A stretch of DNA of 63,698 nt, filler included, from a bacterium (GTDB lineage Bacteria; JAJRZV01), in the NCBI GenBank assembly GCA_024275095.1. It is 4 parts of 4 records of this genome, joined end to end, with 100 filler letters (N's around TTAATTAATTAA, not from the genome) between each part and the next. Parts side by side here need not be neighbours in the genome. Positions count along the whole stretch, not along the records: positions 1 to 23,352 come from JAJRZV010000081.1; positions 23,453 to 46,640 come from JAJRZV010000083.1; 2 more parts are not named here. One strand, written 5' to 3'. Every line of letters begins with the position of its first letter. The first letter of the stretch is position 1. Positions 19,777 to 29,439 of the stretch are shown piece by piece. The notes below the pieces were generated by a model. The model ran no database searches. It saw only the letters and a program-made list of their open reading frames with translations, and was not told the DNA's origin. The position numbers and the translations under genes were made by a program.

Positions 19777-20405
19777 TGAAACGTCCTGTTGTCAGCATTT
19801 TGTTTGGCGTATGCGTTTTATCGATATGGATGGGGGCCGGTTTTCTCCGGCCCTCGTTTTCGTTTTTAAACTTTTCTTCTCGAGAGTCCCAGCTCGAACC
19901 GTGGAAGACCCTCCAGGACCTTATCGAGTTGAAAAGTCCATTTTCTCGGTATGAATCTGTTCACCTGGCACAACTCATCTGGGAAGAAAGTGAGAAGTAC
20001 GGAATAGACCCTTACTACATTCTTGCCATAATTGAGGTTGAAAGTAACTTTGATCCCGATGCAGTATCTCCCAAAGGAGCCATCGGGCTTATGCAGCTCA
20101 TGCCGGAGACAGCAGTAGAAATTGCCAGAGACATGGGCTTTACGATGACGCAGCGCAAAATCACTTCATTGCTCACAAATCCCTATTTCAACGTAAAAAT
20201 GGGCATTGCTTACTTTGCCAAACTCAGCAGGGAATTCCAGAACCAGAAACTCGCCACACTCGCCTACTTCTGGGGACCGAACAATGTCCGGCGCTTCATT
20301 CGAGCATCTCTTTTTCCTGCTGATACCTACTTTCAAAAAGTTTCGGCCCGCTACAGGACCTCCTTCCAGCGTTTTCTGCTCCTTGCAAGGTCCTACACCC
20401 GGTAA
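19776..20405 (+). CDS. SLT-domain lytic transglycosylase
   Basis: AIIEVESNF, SPKGAIGLMQLMP, NVKMGIAY, AYFWGP. Confidence 0.9.
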   Translation: MKRPVVSILFGVCVLSIWMGAGFLRPSFSFLNFSSRESQLEPWKTLQDLIELKSPFSRYESVHLAQLIWEESEKYGIDPYYILAIIEVESNFDPDAVSPKGAIGLMQLMPETAVEIARDMGFTMTQRKITSLLTNPYFNVKMGIAYFAKLSREFQNQKLATLAYFWGPNNVRRFIRASLFPADTYFQKVSARYRTSFQRFLLLARSYTR

Positions 20406-20410
20406 TATCC

Positions 20411-20441
20411 CCTGGGTGTTAGAGACGCCCCAGGTTTAATT
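20411..20441 (+). terminator. putative intrinsic terminator
   Basis: Hairpin CCTGGGTGT-TAGAG-ACGCCCCAGG followed by TTTAATTT just after the SLT stop. Confidence 0.5.
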
Positions 20442-20618
20442 TAATTGAACAGCCAAATGACTGTCTTGGAGCCGGGAGTAGGAGCTCTCTGCGGGCACGG
20501 GATTTAATGTTTTGCATTAAAAGTGTAAACTCTTACCACGGGAATATAAAAAAACACCTTGTTGAAAACCGGAGGTTGTGCATTACTTGAAGATTGAAGA
20601 TGAAAGTTGTGGTTTAAA

Positions 20619-22007
20619 ATGGCACCGGTAAACATCATGAAAAACCGGATTCGTGTTTTTCTCGTGATATTTCTTGTGGTTGTTGCGGTTGCTCTGGCAG
20701 TGTATCTTTTATGTTACCCTGCTCTCCGCGATCTCCCCCAGATCAAAGAATCTGGCAGGCTCGTTATGCTCACGCGCAATAATACCACCACTTTTTTCAT
20801 CTATCGTGGGTTCAGATACGGATTTGAATATGAACTTTTAAAACACTTTGCCGATGAAAATAAGCTTAAACTGAAGGTAAAAATTATCAATGCCTGGGAC
20901 CAGATGATTCCTGCACTGAGGGATAAAACAGGGGATATTATTGCATCCAACTTTACCATTACACCGCAGAGAGCCAGGCGCGTTTCTTTTACAGAACCCT
21001 ATCTGGTGACCCGGGAAGTGGTCGTGGCTTCTGATAAGGTGACGGATGTGGCATCTCCCGAAGACCTTGATGGAAAGACTGTTCACGTGCGGCGATCCAG
21101 TTCTTACTATCAGACATTGAAGCATTTGGAAAAATCACTGGGCATTCGTATCAATGTGAAATTTGTTGATGAGGATGTGGAGACGGAAGAAATTCTCTAT
21201 ATGGTCTCAAAGGGGAAATTTACACTTACTGTAGCGGATTCTTACATTGCGGAACTCCAGAAAACCTTTTATCCCAACCTGAAAATCCTTTTTCCCGTAT
21301 CGCATGATCGAAAAATTGCCTGGGCAGTGAGGAAGTCATCACCTGAACTGCTGAAGGCACTCAACAGTTACATAAAGAAAATCAAAAAAGACGGTTACCT
21401 GAACATTATCCGCAACAAATACTTTCGTCGCAAAAAGTGGTTCGCTCGCATTGCTTCTCATCCGGGTTTTACACTCAAAAGCGGCAGGATTTCGGAATTT
21501 GATGAGCTTATTAAAAGGGCGGCTGCCGAAGTTGCCCTTGATTGGCGCTTTATTGCAGCAGTTATATCGGTGGAATCAGGCTTCTCTCCGTCCCGGAAAA
21601 GCTGGGCTGGTGCCGTGGGACTAATGCAGCTTGTTCCAAGAACTGCTGAAAAATATGTACGGGGAGATGTTTCATTACCTGAAAACAACATTCTGGCCGG
21701 CAGTCGCTACCTGAAAGAACTTTACAAAATTTTTGCTGAAGTGCCTGACAAAGACACACGGCTGAAGTTTGTTCTTGCGGCTTACAACGCAGGTATGGGA
21801 CATGTGTGGGATGCCATGACCCTGGCGGAAGAACTGGGCCTGGACAAGCATTCGTGGGAAGGCCTGAAGAAGGCACTGGAGCTTCTCTCCAAGAAACAGT
21901 ATCATTCCAGAGCCAAATATGGATATGTAAGGGGCTGGGAAACTGTGAATTACGTGGAGAAGGTGTGGGAAAAATACCAACTGTTCCGTACTCTCGTGTC
22001 AGAATAA
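20619..22007 (+). CDS. mltF: MltF-like lytic transglycosylase (SBP family 3 + SLT domains)
   Basis: GFEYELL, FTEPY, AWAVRK, VESGF, GAVGLMQL, AAYNAGMGHV, YGYVRGWETVNYV. Confidence 0.85.
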   Translation: MAPVNIMKNRIRVFLVIFLVVVAVALAVYLLCYPALRDLPQIKESGRLVMLTRNNTTTFFIYRGFRYGFEYELLKHFADENKLKLKVKIINAWDQMIPALRDKTGDIIASNFTITPQRARRVSFTEPYLVTREVVVASDKVTDVASPEDLDGKTVHVRRSSSYYQTLKHLEKSLGIRINVKFVDEDVETEEILYMVSKGKFTLTVADSYIAELQKTFYPNLKILFPVSHDRKIAWAVRKSSPELLKALNSYIKKIKKDGYLNIIRNKYFRRKKWFARIASHPGFTLKSGRISEFDELIKRAAAEVALDWRFIAAVISVESGFSPSRKSWAGAVGLMQLVPRTAEKYVRGDVSLPENNILAGSRYLKELYKIFAEVPDKDTRLKFVLAAYNAGMGHVWDAMTLAEELGLDKHSWEGLKKALELLSKKQYHSRAKYGYVRGWETVNYVEKVWEKYQLFRTLVSE

Positions 22008-22017
22008 ACACACGTGC

Positions 22018-23094
22018 TCAGGAACACGACCGTTTTTGTTCGGTTTCAGGCCTGTTTTTTTCGCGTTTAATCCTGTCTATCAGCGGTTCCTCTCCCAGGG
22101 CTTCCGCCGCGGTAAGCAGGCGTCCCTTTCCTGCTTCGAAAACATCGTGAAACTTATGGCGGTATTTCCCCTCGCGCAGCAGGTGATGGTCGTAAACAAT
22201 GAGGTGCGTGGAAGTTGATTGCAGAATCTTCATGATGTTCTTTCGTGCACGTTCAATGTCCTGTTTGCTTACTCTGTAGCCTGCCAGATATGTCGGCGGA
22301 CCGTCTATGACGGCAATGTGAGGGTTCTCTGCAATAACCCACTGGGCATATTCCTCGACCACCGGGCCCTGGATATCAGAAGAATAGAGAAACTTGTGCT
22401 TTTTGTATTCCAGCACCATTCCCACAACCCATCCAACAGGCTCGTATTCCCGGCCGTGAAAAAGAGGTGCCGTGAACCGCACGGAGGTTTTTCCACGGCG
22501 GAATGACTGTCCGTCGGCAAAGCGGATGTGTTCGCATTCCTCTGCCCATTTTCCACTTTTCCACAGGTGGATGAGCTCTTTCACCCAGGTTCGTTTTTTA
22601 CGACTCTTTCGGTCCTTTCCTCCTTTGGGAACGAGTGGTGAGGCAAGTTTCTCCACCAGCTCTTTTTTTGGTGAGCTTTCGGCAAGAGCTCTCAGCTCTT
22701 CCAGAAACAGCCTTGCTCTTTTCCATTGTGAGCGGTTAATGAACAGGTTGGGATTTTTGGCCCAGATGACCTTGTCCTGATAAATGTACGGTAGCCCCTC
22801 TGGCATTCGCGACGGCAGAGCGTGGTGGTCGTAGTGGTAGTGCGAAATAAAAACAACATCGGCTTTCTCGGCAGCCTTACTGATGCGATTCAGTGCTTCA
22901 AGCCTCAGTCGCTCTTTTTCTTCCGGTGGAAGTGGATAGCCCGGTTGCATTACGGCGGCACCAGGGTCGATGAGCATGCGCAAATCCGGTGTCTCGACGA
23001 GCACAGAGCTTGACTTGGCACCAAGAGAGTCAAACCAGAGGAGATCCACGCGGATGCTTCCGGCTTCCAGCAGTTGTCTCTGTGCGCTCTTCAT
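22018..23094 (-). CDS. metallo-beta-lactamase-fold hydrolase (UPF0282-like)
   Basis: FDSLGAKS, IDPG, ISHYHYDH, SSDIQGP, DGPPTY, DHHLLR, TAAEALG. Confidence 0.8.
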   Translation of the reverse strand: MKSAQRQLLEAGSIRVDLLWFDSLGAKSSSVLVETPDLRMLIDPGAAVMQPGYPLPPEEKERLRLEALNRISKAAEKADVVFISHYHYDHHALPSRMPEGLPYIYQDKVIWAKNPNLFINRSQWKRARLFLEELRALAESSPKKELVEKLASPLVPKGGKDRKSRKKRTWVKELIHLWKSGKWAEECEHIRFADGQSFRRGKTSVRFTAPLFHGREYEPVGWVVGMVLEYKKHKFLYSSDIQGPVVEEYAQWVIAENPHIAVIDGPPTYLAGYRVSKQDIERARKNIMKILQSTSTHLIVYDHHLLREGKYRHKFHDVFEAGKGRLLTAAEALGEEPLIDRIKREKNRPETEQKRSCS

Positions 23095-23269
23095 CGCTCG
23101 CCGGTGGGTGCTTCAAGAAATTTTACTTCTTGTGCATTGCATCCGTTACAGGATTTTGTTGTTTCGGGGAAGATGCGTGTATGAATTGCTTTGAAACACA
23201 ATATAATCAAGCCAATAAATTCTACCAAAGCATAAGTTCTTTAGCGGTTGTGTCTCAGTAGTTGTGTCC

Positions 23270-23352
23270 AATTTCTGATCTCATGAAAAGATTTATTCAG
23301 ATAAACTTCTGCCGGTGTTCTCAGTCCCTAATGCCCGGTGGGGCCTGTGCCA
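23270..23352 (-). mobile_element. IS transposase 3'-end remnant (IS3/IS481-like), cut by contig end
   Basis: Minus strand encodes WHRPHRALG/LRTPAEVYLNKSFHEIR (frameshifted); near-identical to 30093-30175. Confidence 0.7.
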
Positions 23353-23452
23353 NNNNNNNNNNNNNNNNNNNNNNNNNNNNNNNNNNNNNNNNNNNNTTAA
23401 TTAATTAANNNNNNNNNNNNNNNNNNNNNNNNNNNNNNNNNNNNNNNNNNNN
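23353..23452. other. artificial contig spacer
   Basis: N-run with TTAATTAATTAA (stops in all frames). Confidence 0.99.
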
Positions 23453-23554
23453 AAACTCTCCCGGGTTCATCTCCAAAAGCCCGGAACTTTATTCCTGTAC
23501 TTGTAAATTTGGATTAAATTTTTATTCTTCTGCCTGAAGGTCTTCGCGTTATTA

Positions 23555-23722
23555 CTACTTCTTACAGCTTCGCTTTTTCTTCGTGTTACATGAGGACTTT
23601 TTCCCTGCTCCAGCACCTCCTGCCTTCTCAAGCGAACCTGAAGCTCCACACTCCGGACACTTTCTGGGTTTGCATCTGGAATCTTTAATAAATCCACACT
23701 TAGAACATTTCCACTCTGCCAT
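23555..23722 (-). CDS. RCKP-type rubredoxin-like small protein (55 aa, absent from ORF track)
   Basis: Hand translation MAEWKCSKCGFIKDSRCKPRKCPECGASGSLEKAGGAGAGKKSSCNTKKKRSCKK; RBS AAAGGAGG. Confidence 0.85.
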   Translation of the reverse strand: MAEWKCSKCGFIKDSRCKPRKCPECGASGSLEKAGGAGAGKKSSCNTKKKRSCKK

Positions 23723-23883
23723 TTTTTCTCCTCCTTTAATTTCTTTAACTTTTAAATTTTACTCAAGTAATAATCATTTGCAAAATTGGTGTCAAGTAAT
23801 TCAACGCACACACCCTTAAGCGCACCGTGACACTAACAGAGGTGATAACACAGCCACGCAATCACCCAAATATGCAGGTGCAC

Positions 23884-24408
23884 CTATGCATTCTTTTTCA
23901 AATACTCCCGGAGACCCTTCATTAATTTCCTGAGGTTGGGTTTAATGGCCAGCATTGCAAGGCGTTCCACCTCTTTATTAACGCGCCTTGCAAGAAGTCG
24001 GGGAACAGCCGGATGGCCTGATGTGTCAACATTGAGCACGCCGCTGAGTACCACAACCGTTTCCTTTCCATCCTCGATAAACTCGTTTCGACCGTGAGCA
24101 TCAACATACTCTGTAAAGAAAACAGGCTCAAACTTCCACTCGCATGCGTATTCCTTGTCTATCCAGGTCGCATAATCCAGCCAGGTGAGGTGCTCTATTT
24201 TCACAATTTTCTGAACAAGTTTGGGGATGTTGTAGTCCGCATACCAGCGATTTTTATAAAAAATCCCCTCTTTGGTTTTCTTCTTTTCCAGCACTTCAAT
24301 CTTTTTCACGTTGGGGATATAGGGGACAAGTTTCATAAGATCATCTCTCAGGGTTTTGTAAACAAGGTCTCTGGGAAATTTCACTCTTTCTTCTACACGG
24401 AATTCCAT
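23884..24408 (-). CDS. hypothetical protein, possible START/SRPBCC-like lipid-binding fold
   Basis: FPRDLVYKTLRDDL..LVPYIPNV..IEVLE, WLDYATW; RBS GGAGGT. Confidence 0.6.
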   Translation of the reverse strand: MEFRVEERVKFPRDLVYKTLRDDLMKLVPYIPNVKKIEVLEKKKTKEGIFYKNRWYADYNIPKLVQKIVKIEHLTWLDYATWIDKEYACEWKFEPVFFTEYVDAHGRNEFIEDGKETVVVLSGVLNVDTSGHPAVPRLLARRVNKEVERLAMLAIKPNLRKLMKGLREYLKKNA

Positions 24409-24550
24409 GCTTCACCTCCCGATCGTTTGAAATATCGGCGTCATAATATCACGCATTGAGATAGGAATGAATCCTTTGCTTTTGCCATGTAAATCTCTCT
24501 GCCAGGAATATATTTTCCAGCGTTGATACACTTAATATATAATCGGGTGC

Positions 24551-25585
24551 GTGGAAAAATCGGCTGATTACAGCTTCTGCCGCGTGCTGGTGATCAGCAT
24601 CTTTTCTACAGCGTTGCTCGTGTCTAACGTGTTCTCCTGCTGCGGTAAAAATTCACCGCCCTTACCACAAGCAGAACCACGAAAGTTGGTGCTTATATCC
24701 GACATATCCGTATGCGATGAAGGCACACACGAAGTAGATGACGGTTACGCCCTTGCATATGTACTGGGGACTCCATCAGTGGAACTCCTGGCATTTGTTG
24801 CATCTTTTGGCAACACCACATCTGAAAAAGCGTGCGAATGTGTAAAATACCTCCTCCAACTTGCAGGACGAGAAGATATACCGGTGTTTTGCGGAGCCAG
24901 CGGCATTGAAGAACGCTGGAAGATTACTGAAGCTACAGAAGGTATACGAGCCATCGTTAAAACCCACCCGGGTGAAGTCTGGATTGCATCTACGGGTACT
25001 GCCACAGATCTCGCTGCCTTTCTCTACAATTACCCGGATACGGCCACGCTTCTGGCCGGAGTCCTTCTCGGAGCAGGAGTCATCTACGGACCGGAAGGCA
25101 TTCTCCCGGCAGATATCGTCAATGTTGCTCTTGACCCTCCATCAGCCGATTACGTGCTTGCCCATGCGCCCCGCCTTGTGGTGGCACCGCTTGACCTTAC
25201 GGAGGACGTGATTTTCACGTATGAAATGTGGAAAAAGGGACTCCAGACCACTCAAAACAATCCATTCATGCAGTACATACTCCTCCAGAGCGAACCCTGG
25301 GTAAGATTGCAATCACCGATCATAGGCGGCTTTTATCCATTTGATGCTATAGGCCTGGGAGGACTGTTTTATCCCTCACTTATCACCAGTTCTTTCACTG
25401 CTCGTCTGGAAGTGAGCACTGATCCGGGAGGCCCCACCTGGACATATTTTTTGCCGTCTCAGGACACATCACGTCCTGTTGCCGAGGTATGGCTGGATAT
25501 AAACGAACCCTTATTTCTGGAAACTTTTCTTAAAGCCCTGGGAATTGAAAAACAGACCATCGAAACCTCCTGCAATGTACAATGA
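24551..25585 (+). CDS. divergent nucleoside hydrolase family protein, probably exported
   Basis: VDDGYAL, FGNTT, DIPVFCGA, TGTATDLA, NVALDP, PLDLT, PFDA; hydrophobic N-terminus ending FSCC. Confidence 0.75.
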   Translation: MEKSADYSFCRVLVISIFSTALLVSNVFSCCGKNSPPLPQAEPRKLVLISDISVCDEGTHEVDDGYALAYVLGTPSVELLAFVASFGNTTSEKACECVKYLLQLAGREDIPVFCGASGIEERWKITEATEGIRAIVKTHPGEVWIASTGTATDLAAFLYNYPDTATLLAGVLLGAGVIYGPEGILPADIVNVALDPPSADYVLAHAPRLVVAPLDLTEDVIFTYEMWKKGLQTTQNNPFMQYILLQSEPWVRLQSPIIGGFYPFDAIGLGGLFYPSLITSSFTARLEVSTDPGGPTWTYFLPSQDTSRPVAEVWLDINEPLFLETFLKALGIEKQTIETSCNVQ

Positions 25586-26298
25586 AAAGAAACCAGGAAC
25601 ATTGTGCCGGTGTCTTTCGAAGGGGTAAAATGTTAAATACTATGCGCACAGGAGTAATAGTTCTTTTCATATATCTGATAAGTCCAGCCAATCTATATGG
25701 AGCATATTTTGTATACGAAAGGAGTCCGCTCCTGAAGGCGCCTGTGAACAAAGCGGATGTAATAATAAAAAAACATCTTCCTTTCGGCTTAGAGGTAAAA
25801 GTCCTGAATAAAAAAAATGGATTTTTATATATTAAAGCTGACAAAATATCAGGGTGGATTCAAGAAAGAGCTGTTGTAAAAGGTGAAAACCTTTTTACTC
25901 CAAAAGAAATCATCATACCTCAAAAGACAAAACAAGCTGTTCCTCAAGGTTGTGGGGCATTTGTTCCTGGTTATCCAGGTATACTTGTGCGTATAGAAAA
26001 GAAATGGGCTTATGTAAAATTTTTTCCGCTGTCTTTATTTCGTGGAAAAAATCTTGAAGGCTGGATTCCAATTGAGGTGGTAGATAATAACAAAGGAATA
26101 GTGAACGCAAGCCTGCGATTTCTCAATCTTCTGGAAGAATATTTTGACAATCCTGATTACACAACATTAAAAAGTCTTGAACAGTTTTTTAAAAAAGATA
26201 TGCAAAAATACAAAGTCTTCCGTGAACAACAACAAAGGTTTAAAAACCTGATCGATGGGATAAAGGAAGGAAGAATTAAACCACCAGCAACACAATAA
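25582..26298 (+). CDS. exported hypothetical protein with SH3-like segments
   Basis: Signal peptide; LPFGLEVKVL...GWIQE and WAYVKF...EGWIP; AT-rich. Confidence 0.55.
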   Translation: MKRNQEHCAGVFRRGKMLNTMRTGVIVLFIYLISPANLYGAYFVYERSPLLKAPVNKADVIIKKHLPFGLEVKVLNKKNGFLYIKADKISGWIQERAVVKGENLFTPKEIIIPQKTKQAVPQGCGAFVPGYPGILVRIEKKWAYVKFFPLSLFRGKNLEGWIPIEVVDNNKGIVNASLRFLNLLEEYFDNPDYTTLKSLEQFFKKDMQKYKVFREQQQRFKNLIDGIKEGRIKPPATQ

Positions 26299-26341
26299 AT
26301 GATTAAATTCAAGTATTTAAACGATCAAGGAGATTAACACA

Positions 26342-26875
26342 ATGGGAGTAAAAAACGACAGGTGGATTATCCAGCACGGCCACGAGATATTCCAGCCCTT
26401 TGAATCAGAGCTTGTCAAAACAGGGATCTCTTATGGGCCGGGTTCTTATGGTTACGATATAAGGCTATCAAATGAATTTCTTGTTCCTCCTTCAGGAGCA
26501 ATCTTTGACCCCAAAAATCCACCTGGATTTCGAAAAGTTATAGCTGACATATTCCGCCTTCCACCTTCATCGCATGTACTGGGACGTTCCTTAGAGTACG
26601 TAAAAGTTCCCCGTGACACTCTCGTGCTCTGCACAGGGAAGTCCACTTATGCCCGTTCCGGTCTTATTGTCAACATCACCCCCTTGGAACCTGAATGGGA
26701 AGGCTACATTACCATCAGTCTCGTCAATGCTTCATCACACACTATTTTCCTGTATTCCGGTGAAGGCATTGCACAGCTCGTATTTTTGGGGGCGGAAGAA
26801 GTGTGTGAGCGTTCCTATCGAGATCGTAAAGGTAAGTATCAAAAACAAAAAGATATTACGCCTTCAAAGGTGTGA
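26342..26875 (+). CDS. dcd: dCTP deaminase
   Basis: ISYGPGSYGYDIRL, GKSTYARSG, NITPLEPEWEG, GEGIAQ, SYRDRKGKYQ. Confidence 0.95.
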   Translation: MGVKNDRWIIQHGHEIFQPFESELVKTGISYGPGSYGYDIRLSNEFLVPPSGAIFDPKNPPGFRKVIADIFRLPPSSHVLGRSLEYVKVPRDTLVLCTGKSTYARSGLIVNITPLEPEWEGYITISLVNASSHTIFLYSGEGIAQLVFLGAEEVCERSYRDRKGKYQKQKDITPSKV

Positions 26876-26888
26876 AAAGTATCTGCAA

Positions 26889-27950
26889 ATGAAGGTAGAA
26901 CATTTTCTCAGGCAACGTCAGGTTATCATTACCGTAGGCACCGGTGGAGTTGGTAAAACATCTATCTCGGCTGCAATGGCATACACTGCATGTCGCCTTG
27001 GCCAGAAAAGCCTTGTCCTTACTGTGGATCCCGCCAGGCGCTTCGCATCAGCTCTGAAAGTAAAAGTAGGAGACGAAGAGCAGGAAGTAACACACGATGG
27101 AATCAGTTTCTATGCCTCCATGCTGGATTTGAAAAGAAGCATGGACAGGCTCGTTATCAAATATGCACCTTCTAAAGACCTGGCAGAGGCGGTACTGAAC
27201 TCGCGCATATACCGGATTGTATCCGAGTCCATAGCCGGGTCCCAGGAATATGTGGCTGCTGAAAGACTTTATGAAGTATATGCAAAAGGAGAATTCGACA
27301 CTATCATCCTCGACACACCACCTGCCTACGAAGCGATAGATTTTATCAGAGCGCCTGAACGCGTCACAGAATTTTTCAGCGATCGCTTTTTACGGTGGTT
27401 CGTTGGACCGATGGCAAAAGCCTCCCGTTTCAGCTTTGATCTGGTAATCAACCGAATGCCCCGCATATTCAAACCACTGACAAAACTATCCGGAGTGGAA
27501 TTTCTTCGTGAATTCTTTGACTTCGTCGCTGTGGCATCAGAGCTGTTTGAAGACATGAAAAATCGAACTGATGAAGTCCTCGCAATGCTCAGGTCACGTA
27601 GAACCTCTTTCGTTTACGTAACCGCTCCAATCCCCGGGGCAATAGAAGATTTCAAAAATCTGAAAAATGCATTGCGGGAAATGGGCTTACGTTTAGATGC
27701 GGTCATTATCAACCGCTTTCAACCTGAGCTGACAACTCCACAGGAAAGGGAAATGTTAAACGAAAAACTGGGCAGCTCACGTATCACCATGCTTGCCGAA
27801 TATTACTCCAAGCGCAGAGAAATCCACGAACGTGCACTTCAGGCATTTTTAAGCCAGCGAGTAAGTACAGTGGTAACGATAGATGAAATACCCGAGGGAA
27901 TCAGCGGCCTTGAAGGCCTGCGACGCCTATCCGATAGTTTGATGATGTAA
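26889..27950 (+). CDS. ArsA/Get3-related P-loop ATPase
   Basis: GTGGVGKT, TVDPARR, GSQEY, LDTPP, INR. Confidence 0.85.
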   Translation: MKVEHFLRQRQVIITVGTGGVGKTSISAAMAYTACRLGQKSLVLTVDPARRFASALKVKVGDEEQEVTHDGISFYASMLDLKRSMDRLVIKYAPSKDLAEAVLNSRIYRIVSESIAGSQEYVAAERLYEVYAKGEFDTIILDTPPAYEAIDFIRAPERVTEFFSDRFLRWFVGPMAKASRFSFDLVINRMPRIFKPLTKLSGVEFLREFFDFVAVASELFEDMKNRTDEVLAMLRSRRTSFVYVTAPIPGAIEDFKNLKNALREMGLRLDAVIINRFQPELTTPQEREMLNEKLGSSRITMLAEYYSKRREIHERALQAFLSQRVSTVVTIDEIPEGISGLEGLRRLSDSLMM

Positions 27951-28037
27951 AATTACCTGAGGCAACGCACTTACTTGCCAAGATTTATAATCATGTGATA
28001 TTTTATTTTATGAATTAAATTAAAGTATTGTTAAAAA

Positions 28038-28751
28038 ATGCTTAAACGATTTAAAAAATTTTATCAATTGTGGGTTGATGATTGTATTTTTATTTATTGC
28101 TACAGGAACATGCGAGATAATATTATATTTTATATTAGCTCCAGATAAGCTCTTAAGTCCATCTAACACCTATATCATAGGTGCCAAAACTTAATCAATT
28201 CCCGGAAAAAATCTACCACCAGAACTTGTAAAAGCAGCAGAAAAAATCTTATAACCAGAGCAATTACAGCTTACCCTCTTTTAAAACCTGACTACTGGAC
28301 ACAATCGTTGGATATAAAAGGAGAAATTGGTGAAAAAAGGTTTAAAACCATGATTAAAATACTAAACTGGATGATCGAATTTGCTCGTAAGAAAAAAATA
28401 GAAGTGGCGGTAATTTACATTCCTGCACCTTTTCAGTACGATCCGGAAGCAATGTTCCGAACAATAAACAATGCTCGAAAATTTGGAATGGAATGCAACT
28501 CTTACTGGTACAACAAAAAAAGTAAAACCCAAAAAAGAATAGAGGAATGGGCACAGAGGGCAAACGTTAAGTATTTTGACCTCACCCCTTTTCTGAAAGA
28601 AGAAGCGGCCAATGGAGCACATTTGATGTTTAAAATTGACGGGCGCTGGAATCCTTTAGGGCATCTTGTGGCTGCAAAGGTGCTGTAACGGTGGCTGAAA
28701 AAGGAAAAGATTTTCCAATTTATCCACTCACATCAACAAAAGTCAGAATGA
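28038..28751 (+). pseudogene. degraded SGNH/GDSL-type hydrolase
   Basis: VIYIPAPFQ, DLTPFL, DGRWNPLGH (catalytic H apparently replaced by R); broken 5' frames and an apparent premature stop at 28686-28688. Confidence 0.6.
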
Positions 28752-28878
28752 AAGCAATGCCCCAGTTTCGAGGATTGACAATTTTGCCAGGCATTATATG
28801 CAATGTGGCAGATATTAAATTCCTAAATTTTCAATAAATTTCCGCACTCCACCTAGTACTCGGGATCGCGAAGACGGG

Positions 28879-28932
28879 CTCAGCGGTGGGACTGGGAACT
28901 CCAGCAGAAGTTTACCTGAATAAATCATTTCA
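28879..28932 (+). mobile_element. IS transposase 3'-end remnant
   Basis: CTCAGC...GGACTGGGAACTCCAGCAGAAGTTTACCTGAATAAATC, similar to 30107-30160. Confidence 0.6.
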
Positions 28933-29031
28933 AAGGATAAAAACACAATTAAAAGGCGGGAACACAGATAACAGGTTATCAGGCGTTTTTCCCTGACACG
29001 CTCTTTAATGAGTGAGTTCGGAGGTCTCACC

Positions 29032-29439
29032 TCAAATTGAATAAAGTTTCACGTTGAGTTTCTCAAAGTGTTTTCTGTTAAATGTAACGATGCCATCTGC
29101 TTTTAATTTTTTGGAGAGCACCGATATATAAGCATCGGCGAATTCCACAGGGGCCTTCCTGTAAAGTTCTAAAGCAGAAATTACTATTTCTGTATCTAAT
29201 ACTTCAAGCCCTTTTATGGCAGTTATGCTTAAAAGACATCTATAAATACTTTCCCTGTCGAGCTTGTAAAAGGATTTGAGCGTCCAGGCAAGCTCAAAAA
29301 ATACAGGCGGACCTGTTACCAGCTTTATTTTTCCTTTTTCTGCAAGGATAAGAAGCCTCTCGACCCTGTCTGCCTGTTCTGGAACATCATTGGTCAAATA
29401 CCGTATGAACACATTGGAATCCACAAAGTATTGCTTCAT
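29032..29439 (-). CDS. PIN-domain toxin, VapC family
   Basis: YFVDSNVFIR, FFELAWTL, EFADAYI, IVTFNRKHF; overlaps the antitoxin stop. Confidence 0.9.
   Translation of the reverse strand: MKQYFVDSNVFIRYLTNDVPEQADRVERLLILAEKGKIKLVTGPPVFFELAWTLKSFYKLDRESIYRCLLSITAIKGLEVLDTEIVISALELYRKAPVEFADAYISVLSKKLKADGIVTFNRKHFEKLNVKLYSI

Noticed and set aside
23353-23452. TTAATTAATTAA within N-runs (also 46641-46740, 61727-61826)
   Set aside because: Artificial concatenation linker; ORFs crossing it are artefacts.
23467-23697. 76-aa minus-strand ORF from the track
   Set aside because: Off-frame shadow of the RCKP gene, which has the RBS and motifs.
26613-26888. N-terminal extension of the ArsA-like ORF
   Set aside because: Overlaps dcd; ATG 26889 gives the normal family start.
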